NCBI GenBank assembly: GCA_021323895.1
Contig: JAJPKD010000147.1
Span: 81-64,080 of the forward strand
Length of the DNA stretch: 64,000 nucleotides
Source: Acidobacteriota bacterium
GTDB taxonomy: Bacteria > Acidobacteriota > Blastocatellia > Pyrinomonadales > Pyrinomonadaceae
Direction: 5' to 3'
The notes under the pieces are model-generated. The model worked only from the letters and a program-made list of their open reading frames with translations, searched no databases and was not told the DNA's origin. The translations under genes were made by a program, and so were the position numbers. Positions 19,133-28,090 of the stretch are shown here, in pieces (the stretch's first letter is position 1; each line of letters starts with the position of its first letter).

Positions 19133-20587
19133 TCACCTAATTCCCACCAATCCCTGCACACTCTGAATCAATTTTTCTGAGTCATATCCCACGCCATCTT
19201 TGAAAACGATTTCGACGTTTTCAATATCCATGATCTTCGCGGCTGGATTGCCTTTCACGATCATCAGGTCGGCTTGTTTGCCGACGGCGATTGAACCGAT
19301 GCGGGAATCTTCTCCTAAGAATTTCGCGCCGTTGAAGGTCGCGATCTTGATTGCTTCAAGCGGTGTGAAGCCGGCTTCAACCAGCAGTTCGACTTCGCGC
19401 AGATCACCAAAGCCGGCAATGACGCCACCGTTGCCGGTTGGGTCGAGACCCGCTATCAGTAAACCGCCCGCCGCGACAAAGGCGTGCTCGAAGTCCATCG
19501 ACTTGCGCACGAGTTCAGTTTGCGGAGAGTTCACCGCGATGCGTGAACGTGCGGTCAGATAACGCACGCGCGCTTCGTTGTTCATTACGTTCAGCATACG
19601 CTGATTCAAGACTGCGCTCGGCGCGCCAATCGAAGTTGGGCCAGCTTGTGCAGATGCGAGCGGCGCGCTCGCTTCAAACACCGGCAGCGTTGACGTCAAC
19701 GCAACATGCTTCGCTACTAGAGTGCGAATCGTTTCTTTCACCGGCTCGCTGTTGATGTCGAGCGTGCGCAGCGTTTGGTTCACGGCGGCGCCGGGACATT
19801 TGTCCGGTTGCGTGTTGGGCACGAACTCGGAATCGGGAAAGATGCCGTGCTCGAGATTGTCGATACCAATCTCCGCTGCTTCGCGAAAGCCGATCGAGCA
19901 AAGATGGCCGGTGACTTTCAGGCCGCGCCTGTGTGCTTCTTCGACGGCGGCGCGCAGTTCGTCGCGCGTGATGTTCATGTAGGCTTTGAAAGAAGTCGCG
20001 CCCTGGTCGGCCCAGTAGTTCACCATCTTGCGCGCATCGTTAGCGTCCTTCAGCGTGTGCATCACCGGCGTGAATGAACCTTCACCTTCAAGGTAAGGAG
20101 CAGTGATGTGAATCTTCGGACCAATCATGCGACCGTCGTCGATTAGCTTTTTGATTTCTAGATCGAGATAAGGCTGCACGCTGCCGGTGGTGCGAATTGT
20201 CGTCACGCCGAGCGCCAGATAGAGTCGCGGAAAACTGAATCCCATGTTCGAATACATCGGCGGCGTGCCGCCCATCGGAAAGAACATGTGATCATGCATG
20301 CCGACCAGGCCGGGAAGAACTGTGTATCCGTTCAGGTCGAGAGTCTTGATGCCTTCTTTAACGTAGTACGCCGAACTCGGGCGGATTTCAGTGATCTTGC
20401 CGTCAACGATCAGGATTGTCTGATCCTCAACCGGCGCCGCCCCGGTGCCATCAATCAGGCGCACGTGCGTGAGCGCGACGACATTCGAACTGACGCGAAT
20501 GAACTGTTGAAGATCGGATTGCGGTGCCTGGGCGAGGGAAGCGATCGAGAACGTGAGCAGCAGAACAAAAGCAATCGTGATTTTCAT
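19133..20587 (-). CDS. secreted amidohydrolase family protein
   Basis: 484 aa. It has a signal peptide, PGLVGMHDHMF (the HxH-type metal motif) and the C-terminal GSIAVGKQADLMIVKGNP. Confidence 0.75.
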   Translation of the reverse strand: MKITIAFVLLLTFSIASLAQAPQSDLQQFIRVSSNVVALTHVRLIDGTGAAPVEDQTILIVDGKITEIRPSSAYYVKEGIKTLDLNGYTVLPGLVGMHDHMFFPMGGTPPMYSNMGFSFPRLYLALGVTTIRTTGSVQPYLDLEIKKLIDDGRMIGPKIHITAPYLEGEGSFTPVMHTLKDANDARKMVNYWADQGATSFKAYMNITRDELRAAVEEAHRRGLKVTGHLCSIGFREAAEIGIDNLEHGIFPDSEFVPNTQPDKCPGAAVNQTLRTLDINSEPVKETIRTLVAKHVALTSTLPVFEASAPLASAQAGPTSIGAPSAVLNQRMLNVMNNEARVRYLTARSRIAVNSPQTELVRKSMDFEHAFVAAGGLLIAGLDPTGNGGVIAGFGDLREVELLVEAGFTPLEAIKIATFNGAKFLGEDSRIGSIAVGKQADLMIVKGNPAAKIMDIENVEIVFKDGVGYDSEKLIQSVQGLVGIR

Positions 20588-20643
20588 GGCCGGGGCTTAT
20601 AAGTGGCGAATGGAAGTTTCACCACTGAGAACACAGAAAGATC

Positions 20644-20713
20644 ATCCGCGGCTTACGCCGATTCCGCAGATTCTCTTGATTTCTATTGAGTCAGATCCGC
20701 TTTAATCCGCGGC
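20644..20713. repeat. dispersed intergenic repeat, family A (ATCYGCGGC / GCCRCAGAT type)
   Basis: atccgcggcttacgccgattccgcagattc…agatccgctttaatccgcggc shares the reiterated (a)atc(c/t)gc(g/a)g units with 45420-45502 and 50942-51014. Confidence 0.6.
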
Positions 20714-20732
20714 TAAATCATGCCCGGTTGGG

Positions 20733-21344
20733 CTATTGCCCCGCATTTCCAAGGGACATGGACACTCCCAGGTCACGCAGCAAACCGTCCGCGATGTCAT
20801 AAATCCAGCCATGCACTATGACGTTCTGTCCGCGCGACCATGCGTCCCGCACGATCGTTGTTTGGCTGACGCTGGCGACCTGTTCGATCACGTTGAGTTC
20901 GCACAGTCGGCGGTGTCTTTCAGATTCGATCTTGAGCGCGTCGATTTCGCCGGAGTGTTTTGCGCGCACATCCTGAACATGACGCAGCCAATTGTCGATC
21001 AATCCCAGTCGCGAATCCTTTAGCGCCGCCAGCACTCCGCCGCAGCCGTAATGGCCACAGACGATGATGTGCTCGACGTGCAGTGCATCAACCGCGAATT
21101 GAATTGCTGAAAGACAGTTCAGATCGGTGTGCACCACTACGTTCGCGACGTTGCGATGGACAAACATCTCGCCGGCCATAAGTCCGACAATCTGGTTCGC
21201 GGGCACGCGACTGTCGGAACAACCGATCCAGAGATACTGTGGCGATTGTTGGGCCGAGAGTCGCTGAAAGAATTCCGGATCCTGCTGCGTCATATTCGCA
21301 GCCCACCGGCGATTGTTTTCAAATAGGTGACCGAGTGTTTTCAT
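20733..21344 (-). CDS. can: beta-class carbonic anhydrase
   Basis: 203 aa. CSDSRV...HRNVAN...VCGHYGCGGV are the Zn-ligand and active-site motifs of beta-CA. Confidence 0.9.
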   Translation of the reverse strand: MKTLGHLFENNRRWAANMTQQDPEFFQRLSAQQSPQYLWIGCSDSRVPANQIVGLMAGEMFVHRNVANVVVHTDLNCLSAIQFAVDALHVEHIIVCGHYGCGGVLAALKDSRLGLIDNWLRHVQDVRAKHSGEIDALKIESERHRRLCELNVIEQVASVSQTTIVRDAWSRGQNVIVHGWIYDIADGLLRDLGVSMSLGNAGQ

Positions 21345-21419
21345 AAGTCTGTCGCCCGCTAAAGCGGGCGCTGGAAAATTCCTTTACGTTTGTCCCGGGA
21401 GTGGCGCGACCTTCGTCGC

Positions 21420-22073
21420 TTACCCCCGGCTACTATCTTTCACCGCTACGCGGTGATCCGCGGAATATCGCAAGCGCGCCTGCAGACGTGCCTGCACTTC
21501 CGGCCATTCGTCATCGATGATGCTGTAAACAACCGAGTCGCGCACGCGGCCACTCGGCAAAATCAGATGCTTGCGCAAGATGCCTTCTTGCTTCGCGCCC
21601 AGACGAAGGATCGCCGCGCGCGATTGTTCATTAAGCACGTCGGTGATCAGTTCAACGCGATTGCAGCGCCACTCTTCAAAGGCGTGCGTCAACAGTAATA
21701 ATTTGCTTTCAGTGTTGACGGGCGTGCGCTGCGCGCTTTTGGCCAGCCACGTGTAGCCAATCGCGACGGCCCGATCCTGCGGGCGAATCTCATAGAACCT
21801 GGTCGAGCCGACTATCTGATCCGTTCCGCCCGAGTCGCCTACGGTGTCGCTGGATTTTCGAACGGTAGCAAACGCGAGTTGGTTTCCCTGGGCCAATCCA
21901 TCCAAAGCGAATTGAATGTAGTCTTTCATTCCTTCCGGACGGGGAATGATTGTCACTTGAGTGTCCCAGAGATCGCCGTTGGCGGCGGCGATAATAAGTG
22001 ACTCGGCGTGCGCCTGAGTAAGAGGTTCCAGGCGGACGTACTCTCCTTCGAGCGTAATCGGCGCAACGTTCAT
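21420..22073 (-). CDS. GNAT family N-acetyltransferase (RimJ/RimL-like)
   Basis: 217 aa. ...IGYTWLAKSAQRTPVNTESKLLLLTHAFEEWRCNRVELITDVLNEQSRAAILRLGAKQEGILR is the Acetyltransf_3 pattern. Confidence 0.75.
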   Translation of the reverse strand: MNVAPITLEGEYVRLEPLTQAHAESLIIAAANGDLWDTQVTIIPRPEGMKDYIQFALDGLAQGNQLAFATVRKSSDTVGDSGGTDQIVGSTRFYEIRPQDRAVAIGYTWLAKSAQRTPVNTESKLLLLTHAFEEWRCNRVELITDVLNEQSRAAILRLGAKQEGILRKHLILPSGRVRDSVVYSIIDDEWPEVQARLQARLRYSADHRVAVKDSSRG

Positions 22074-22206
22074 AACTTGGATCGGAACGACAATCGAATA
22101 TCACGAACTACTCAAGTCAATATTCTGAATCGTTCATCAGGCCTCCGCGAGCTGGGCCATGATGTAAATCCAGATTCCGTTCAAGATATACTGCTGGCAC
22201 TAACAA

Positions 22207-23466
22207 GTGAAGCCCAACCCATCTATGGACGACGCGCAGGGCGATCTAAGTGACGCGGCCACCGCTCCCTCGAACGGATCAGCGAATTTCGGCGCCAGAG
22301 TAGCCGACTACCTCAGCCTGGAAAGAAATGTCTCACTGGCATCCGCCGCGATCTTCATCCTCGGTCTGGGCGAAGAGCTTTGGAAGAAATTCCTGCCGAA
22401 GTATCTCGAAGCGTTGGGCGCGAGCGCTCCGATAATCGGTCTCTTTGGAACTGCTGAAGATTTTTTTGACGCGATCTATCAGTATCCAGGAGGCTGGCTC
22501 GCTGATCGCGTGGGCCGGCGGCGCGCGTTCCTGACTTTAGTAACAGTCGCCGCGGCCGGCTATGTCGTTTATCTCTTCAGCCCTTCATGGCCATTTCTGT
22601 TTCTGGGACTAGCGCTGGTGATGGCTTGGCAAAGCATGGCCTCGCCGGCGATCTTCGCGGTAATCGGCGACTCGCTGCCGCGCGAACGTCGCGCCATGGG
22701 ATTCACTCTGCAATCGATTCTGAAACGTGTTCCGGTCGTGATTGCGCCGATTGCCGGCGGCGTATTGATCGCGCGCTTGGGCATTGCCAAAGGGATTCAT
22801 GTGGCGCTGCTAATCACCCTGATCTTCGCGGTCGCGACGCTGCTGCTCGTAAGAAAGATCACTCTCACCGCGCGCGCGTCAGAAAGCATAAACATCCGCG
22901 GCGTCTGGCAGACGTTTCATCGGGTGCTCAAGCGGCTCCTCGTTTCCGACGTGATCATCCGAACCTGCGAAGGCATGACCGGTGTGCTGACGATCCTCTA
23001 TGTGACAAATGTTCTGCATTACAACGTGGCGATTTACGGATCGCTGGTGGCGATACAGATGGTTACTTCGATCATTGTGTACATCCCCGCCGGAAAGATC
23101 GCTGACCGCATCGGGCGAAAGCCTTTTGTTATTGCGACGTTTCTGAGTTTTGCGCTGTTCCCCTTAGCTACAATCTTCGCCTCCAGTTTCCCGCTGTTGG
23201 TTGTGGCGTTTGTTATCGGCGGACTGCGTGAAATTGGCGAGCCTTCACGCAAGGCGATGATTGTCGATTTCGCTCGGGAAGGTCTGCGCGCGCGTTCGGG
23301 CGGGCTCTATTACCTCGTTAGAAGTCTCTCGATTACTCCCGCCGCGGCGGTTGGGGGATTGCTTTGGAAAGTCGCACCCGAAGTCCCATTCGTAATTGCC
23401 GGAGTCATCGGATTAATCGGAACAGTTGTCTTTGCTCTTACTGTTGAAGAGCGATATGCGAGTTAG
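22207..23466 (+). CDS. MFS transporter
   Basis: 419 aa with about 12 TM segments. GWLADRVGRRRAF is the MFS loop 2-3 motif. The start is uncertain (GTG 22207 or ATG 22225). Confidence 0.75.
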   Translation: MKPNPSMDDAQGDLSDAATAPSNGSANFGARVADYLSLERNVSLASAAIFILGLGEELWKKFLPKYLEALGASAPIIGLFGTAEDFFDAIYQYPGGWLADRVGRRRAFLTLVTVAAAGYVVYLFSPSWPFLFLGLALVMAWQSMASPAIFAVIGDSLPRERRAMGFTLQSILKRVPVVIAPIAGGVLIARLGIAKGIHVALLITLIFAVATLLLVRKITLTARASESINIRGVWQTFHRVLKRLLVSDVIIRTCEGMTGVLTILYVTNVLHYNVAIYGSLVAIQMVTSIIVYIPAGKIADRIGRKPFVIATFLSFALFPLATIFASSFPLLVVAFVIGGLREIGEPSRKAMIVDFAREGLRARSGGLYYLVRSLSITPAAAVGGLLWKVAPEVPFVIAGVIGLIGTVVFALTVEERYAS

Positions 23467-23522
23467 TTTGGCTGCATGCTAAGGCCCCTTCATTTGGTTG
23501 TCGGTCAGTGGAGGAAAGAGAA

Positions 23523-24527
23523 ATGAGAAGCACTAATAGTCCATCAAGCAAATTCATCAGCAGAGTGTTGGCGTCGCAACCAATCAAGCGCATCGGGGTA
23601 ATGACATTCACCCTGATAGTAGGAACGATTTTTCTGCTCGTCGTTTGTTCCGCGCCGCAGAGTTCAAACCTGCCATCGAGTCCCGAGCAGAGTGCAACCG
23701 ATTGGAAGCAGGTTGAGCAAGCTTTGGGGAAAGCAGGTGCGATGCAACCTGGTGACGTTTACAAAGTGAGCCTGCCGCGCAGCGATCTGAAAGTTGCCGT
23801 TGGTGGCGTCGAGCTAAAGCCGGCTCTGGCGCTCGGGTCATGGGTGGCATTCAAAAAGATCGGCGACATGACAATGGTCATGGGCGACCTCGTTTTGACC
23901 GAGGATGAAGTCACACTGGTTTTGACGAAGCTGCTGGAGGGTGGTGTCGAAGTAACGGCACTCCACAATCATGTTCTGCACGAATCGCCCCGCGTCATGT
24001 ACATGCACATTCATGCGATGGGTGATGCGACCAGGATTGCGAAGTCAATTCATGATGCTCTGGCTTTGAGTAGAACGCCGTTCGCAGCGGCTCCTGCTGC
24101 TCAACAGCCGCAAGACATTGGGCTTGATACCAGGCAAATCGATCAGATTATGGGCCAGACCGGTAAGGCCAATGGCGTCGTTTTCCAGTACAGCATTGCG
24201 CGCGCAGATGACGTGTTGGACACGGCGATGAACTCATCAAGCACGGTCATTCCTCCGGCGATGGGAGTGGCGCAAGCCATTAACTTTCAATCGACCGGAG
24301 CAGGAAGGGCCGCTATCACCGGCGACTTTGTGCTGCTTGCCAGTGAAGTCAATCCGGTGGTCAAGGCTTTCCGCGAGAATGGCATCGAAGTGACGGCACT
24401 GCACAGTCACATGCTGAGTGATTCACCCCATCTTTTCTTCATGCACTTCTGGGCAAACGACAATGCGTTGAAGCTAGCACGCGGTTTGCGCGCGGCATTG
24501 GACAAGACGAACTCGAAAAAGGGTTAA
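23523..24527 (+). CDS. DUF1259 (LppY/LpqO-like) domain protein, two repeats
   Basis: It has two copies of the ...GIEVTALH(N/S)H(V/M)L...P...FMH... module. I chose the ATG at 23523 because GGAGGA lies upstream. The track start is 23508. Confidence 0.7.
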   Translation: MRSTNSPSSKFISRVLASQPIKRIGVMTFTLIVGTIFLLVVCSAPQSSNLPSSPEQSATDWKQVEQALGKAGAMQPGDVYKVSLPRSDLKVAVGGVELKPALALGSWVAFKKIGDMTMVMGDLVLTEDEVTLVLTKLLEGGVEVTALHNHVLHESPRVMYMHIHAMGDATRIAKSIHDALALSRTPFAAAPAAQQPQDIGLDTRQIDQIMGQTGKANGVVFQYSIARADDVLDTAMNSSSTVIPPAMGVAQAINFQSTGAGRAAITGDFVLLASEVNPVVKAFRENGIEVTALHSHMLSDSPHLFFMHFWANDNALKLARGLRAALDKTNSKKG

Positions 24528-24626
24528 CGGTGAGAATAAGGCTTGCGACCGGTTTATCTTACGCAGCCCGAACCGAGCTGAATAGCAAGGGCCGGCGAGA
24601 ATTAACGCTCGTTCAGGTAGAGTCTG

Positions 24627-27386
24627 CTAGTTTGCAAATTCCTCTCGATATCTTTCCCACTGCGATTTCTGTTCGGCCATGAACTGCACAAACTCGGGCG
24701 CTTTTCTGATGCGATCTAGATAGGGATCGCGCGCAAAGAGTGGATAGTTGGGGAAGCCAGTCCCGGCGGTTTCTTTCAACCACTTGACCGCTTCGCTGCT
24801 ATTGCCACCGAGTGCGTAGATGCAAGCCGCGTCGTATGTAAAGTGATGGCGATCCTCGCTTGGAGGAACGCGCGCCAGGATTTCCGGAACCTTTGCTTGC
24901 GCCGCCCTGAAGTTGCCCCTGAGAGCCTGAAGTATGGCTTGCAGAAGTAAGAGATAATCGTTGTCTGGTCGTTTCTTCGTCAAACGCTCTTCAATTAGCT
25001 TTTGAGCTTCATCGAGCTGCCCTTTTCGCAGGTAATACCAGGGGGAATTTTCATCGTCATCAAAAGAGTAATCGGGAATCTTTTGACATTCAGCAATCAA
25101 GCCATCAGGATCGGCGCGCAGGTAAGCCAGGATATAAGGGATTGCCTTAAGGCTCTGGCTGGTCGGATTGATTTCGATCGACCGCCTAAATTCCTGCAGG
25201 GCAAGATCATCGAGTCCCACATGACCATACTGCGCTGCAAGGTCGGGTGTCGCGACGTTTGGATTGAGTTGCCTCGCCAAACGTAACTCGCGAATCGCTT
25301 CTGCATTTTGGTAGCCTTCGTATGAACTCCAAAGCAATAGACTACGGGCAACGTGAGTTTCTGCCAGACTGGGATTGAGTTCAGCTGCTCGTTTGATCTC
25401 TGCCCGCGCCAAATCCGCCCACTTCGGCTCTTCTGGCTGAATAAATGACGCAGTCCACGCGTCTGCGAAGGCCAACTGAGCGTGGGCCAGCGCATACCCC
25501 GGATCAATCTCGATCGCCTTCTTGAAAAAGTTCATGGTGTCATTCATTTGAGGCATGGCGGTTTTGTCATAGCCGTGATGGTCCAGACTAATGACTCCTC
25601 TGATGTATGCCTCGTAAGCGCGCGGGTCGGTGGGATAGCCCTCCTGCGAACCAGCCCGTTGCGCCGAATCGAAATGAGGTGCCAGCCGAGAAGCAACCTG
25701 TTGTGCTACTTTATCTTGGATCGCAAACAGGTCCGACGCCGTCATGTCAAGATTATCCGAATAGATCGAGGCGCCATCGCTGCTGCGCAGCAAGTTAACA
25801 GTCACGCGCAAACGATCGCCGGCGCGTTGCACAGTTCCTTCCAGGACCGCGTCGGCGCTTAGCTCCCGACCGGCCGACAAACTATCGGTATCACCTTTTG
25901 CGTACTTTAAGACAGCGGTCATGGGTCGGACGGTTATCTTTCCAGTCTGACTCATTTTCCTGATCACCGCATCGGCAATACCCACGCCCAGAACGTTGTC
26001 CCCCAAATCGAGCGACTTAAGAGGTAACACCGCAAGCGAGCGAATCTGCGATGGTCCCGCTGCCGCTGCTGTCGGGTGCTTCAGACGCCATCCATAAACC
26101 GCTACCGCGGCGACAATCGCGAGGGACACCAGGGAGGCTATCGCGATTGCGCCTCGTCTATGTGACTGGACCTGGTGAGTGATGGATCGCGAGCTGAAAC
26201 TTGTCTTGGTTGTTCTGCCGGCGCTGGATGATCCGGCAGCTTGGTGGGCCGTCAGCGCAGCCGTTTCCGTGGGACCGGCTTTATTGATCGTCTCAAGCCG
26301 CAGCGCCTGTTGTAGCTCTTTGAGGTCTGCCAAAAGATCCTGACTCGTTTGATAGCGCTCTTCCCTGTTCTTAGTTAATGCCTTCTGCACGACCGTATCT
26401 AGGCGCACCGATTCTTCATCGGCGTCGTTCTTTAGCGAAGCAGGAGTCTTCTCCAAAATCGCTGCGAGGACTTCATCCGATGTCGTCCCAACAAACGGCG
26501 ATGCGCCGGAAATCATTTCGTACAAGATGACGCCGAGACTCCAAACATCGGTGCGGGCATCAACGATGTCGCCGCGTGCCTGCTCGGGCGACATATATGC
26601 AACTGTGCCCATCATTGTCCCGGCGCTGGTCTCGAAGAGCGAGCGCGTCCCGTCTTCATGGTCTTCGTGCGCTGCGAGGTTGTGCGACTCGCGCCCGTCA
26701 ATTTTGGCGAGCCCAAAGTCCAGCACCTTCACCAAACCGTCGTCATGTCGAATCATGATGTTCTCAGGTTTGACATCGCGGTGGACCACGTTCACCCGGT
26801 GAGCTGCGACCAGCGCCGAAGCCACTTGAACAGCAATCTCCAAAGCATCGTCGATACTGATGTCGGTGTGCAGCCGCTCGCGCAGCGTCTGGCCTTCGAT
26901 AAATTCAGTGGCGATGAACGGATGGCCTTCGGCTTCACCAATCTCGTGGATCGTGAGGATGTTGGGATGGTTCAGGACTGAAGCTGCGCGCGCCTCAAGT
27001 TCAAAGCGCTGCTGCCATTCAGGATTAGAGGTGAAGCGGTTGGAAATGAATTTCAGGCAAACTCTTCGATGCAGCTTCGTATCCTCGGCGAGATAGACTC
27101 GGCCCATTCCTCCCTCGCCGAGCAGCGAGAGGATCTTGTAATGCGCCACGAGTTGGCCATCTTTCAACCTCGCGCTGTCGATTAACATCTCTGCAGCCGC
27201 TTCGTACTCCGGTTCATCGAGAAAATGGTTTGTCTCTTTGTGAGATTCCAGCAGGGATTCGATCGATTGTCGTAACGCATGGTCACCCTCGCTTGATTGT
27301 GCGATGAATGCCGCGCGTTCATGTTCCGGCAGGGCTAGTGCCGCGTGAAAGATCTGCTTAAGGTTTTCCCAGTTGTCGTCCGCCAT
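24627..27386 (-). CDS. Ser/Thr protein kinase with TM segment, periplasmic TolB-N/FlgO-like region and C-terminal TPR repeats
   Basis: 919 aa. Hanks kinase motifs are present: GEGGMGRVYLA, HRDVKPENIM, DFGLAK, YMSPEQ. One TM helix is followed by helical repeats. Confidence 0.85.
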   Translation of the reverse strand: MADDNWENLKQIFHAALALPEHERAAFIAQSSEGDHALRQSIESLLESHKETNHFLDEPEYEAAAEMLIDSARLKDGQLVAHYKILSLLGEGGMGRVYLAEDTKLHRRVCLKFISNRFTSNPEWQQRFELEARAASVLNHPNILTIHEIGEAEGHPFIATEFIEGQTLRERLHTDISIDDALEIAVQVASALVAAHRVNVVHRDVKPENIMIRHDDGLVKVLDFGLAKIDGRESHNLAAHEDHEDGTRSLFETSAGTMMGTVAYMSPEQARGDIVDARTDVWSLGVILYEMISGASPFVGTTSDEVLAAILEKTPASLKNDADEESVRLDTVVQKALTKNREERYQTSQDLLADLKELQQALRLETINKAGPTETAALTAHQAAGSSSAGRTTKTSFSSRSITHQVQSHRRGAIAIASLVSLAIVAAVAVYGWRLKHPTAAAAGPSQIRSLAVLPLKSLDLGDNVLGVGIADAVIRKMSQTGKITVRPMTAVLKYAKGDTDSLSAGRELSADAVLEGTVQRAGDRLRVTVNLLRSSDGASIYSDNLDMTASDLFAIQDKVAQQVASRLAPHFDSAQRAGSQEGYPTDPRAYEAYIRGVISLDHHGYDKTAMPQMNDTMNFFKKAIEIDPGYALAHAQLAFADAWTASFIQPEEPKWADLARAEIKRAAELNPSLAETHVARSLLLWSSYEGYQNAEAIRELRLARQLNPNVATPDLAAQYGHVGLDDLALQEFRRSIEINPTSQSLKAIPYILAYLRADPDGLIAECQKIPDYSFDDDENSPWYYLRKGQLDEAQKLIEERLTKKRPDNDYLLLLQAILQALRGNFRAAQAKVPEILARVPPSEDRHHFTYDAACIYALGGNSSEAVKWLKETAGTGFPNYPLFARDPYLDRIRKAPEFVQFMAEQKSQWERYREEFAN

Positions 27387-27431
27387 TCAATTATTACTGC
27401 GTTAAATCAGGGCAAATCCTCTAACGGATCT

Positions 27432-27998
27432 TCAGGTGTGGTTCATCTGACTCTTCAGCCATGCGCGCGCGAAGGCCCAATCGCGCATCACCGTGCCGGG
27501 AGAGACTTTTAGTAATTCGGCAGTCTCGTCGATGCTAAGACCGCCGAAAAATCTCAACTCGACAATCTTACTTTGACGCGCATCGACGGCCTCCAACCGT
27601 TGCAAGGCTTCATCAACTGCAACCACGTTCGCTGCCTGTTGTTGCATGAGATTCTCAACCTCATCCAACGGCACCTGAATCAGGCTGCCGCCGCGTTTTG
27701 CTGAGTTTCGCTTGCGGGCGTCATCGACCAGGATCCGCCGCATTAGACGTGCTGCGATCCCGAAGAAATGCGCGCGACTCTCCCATTCTATCCGCGGCTG
27801 ATCGACCAGGCGCAAGTACGCTTCGTTGATCAAAGCAGAGGTTTGCAGCACATGACCGGCACTTTCGCGGCGCATGTGCCGGTGGGCCAGCCGATGCAGC
27901 TCGTCATAAACCAGCGGCGTTAACTGCTCCAAAGCGTCCTCGTCGCCTTCACTCCATTTTCGCAGCAAAAAAGTTACATTCTCAGGCACGATGGTCAT
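27432..27998 (-). CDS. ECF sigma factor (Sigma70_ECF / TIGR02999-like)
   Basis: 188 aa. LLRKWSEGDEDALEQLTPLVYDELHRLAHRHMRRE is characteristic of this ECF family. The region 4 HTH is LSIDETAELLKVSPGTVMRDW. It lies directly upstream of the kinase. Confidence 0.8.
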   Translation of the reverse strand: MTIVPENVTFLLRKWSEGDEDALEQLTPLVYDELHRLAHRHMRRESAGHVLQTSALINEAYLRLVDQPRIEWESRAHFFGIAARLMRRILVDDARKRNSAKRGGSLIQVPLDEVENLMQQQAANVVAVDEALQRLEAVDARQSKIVELRFFGGLSIDETAELLKVSPGTVMRDWAFARAWLKSQMNHT

Positions 27999-28090
27999 TA
28001 GAGGTTTCTAGTCCGATTTGCGCATTAGTCAGTAGAGATTAATCCGATTGAGGGCAAGTTTCCACAGTTCAATTCCGGGAGAGGGTTACC

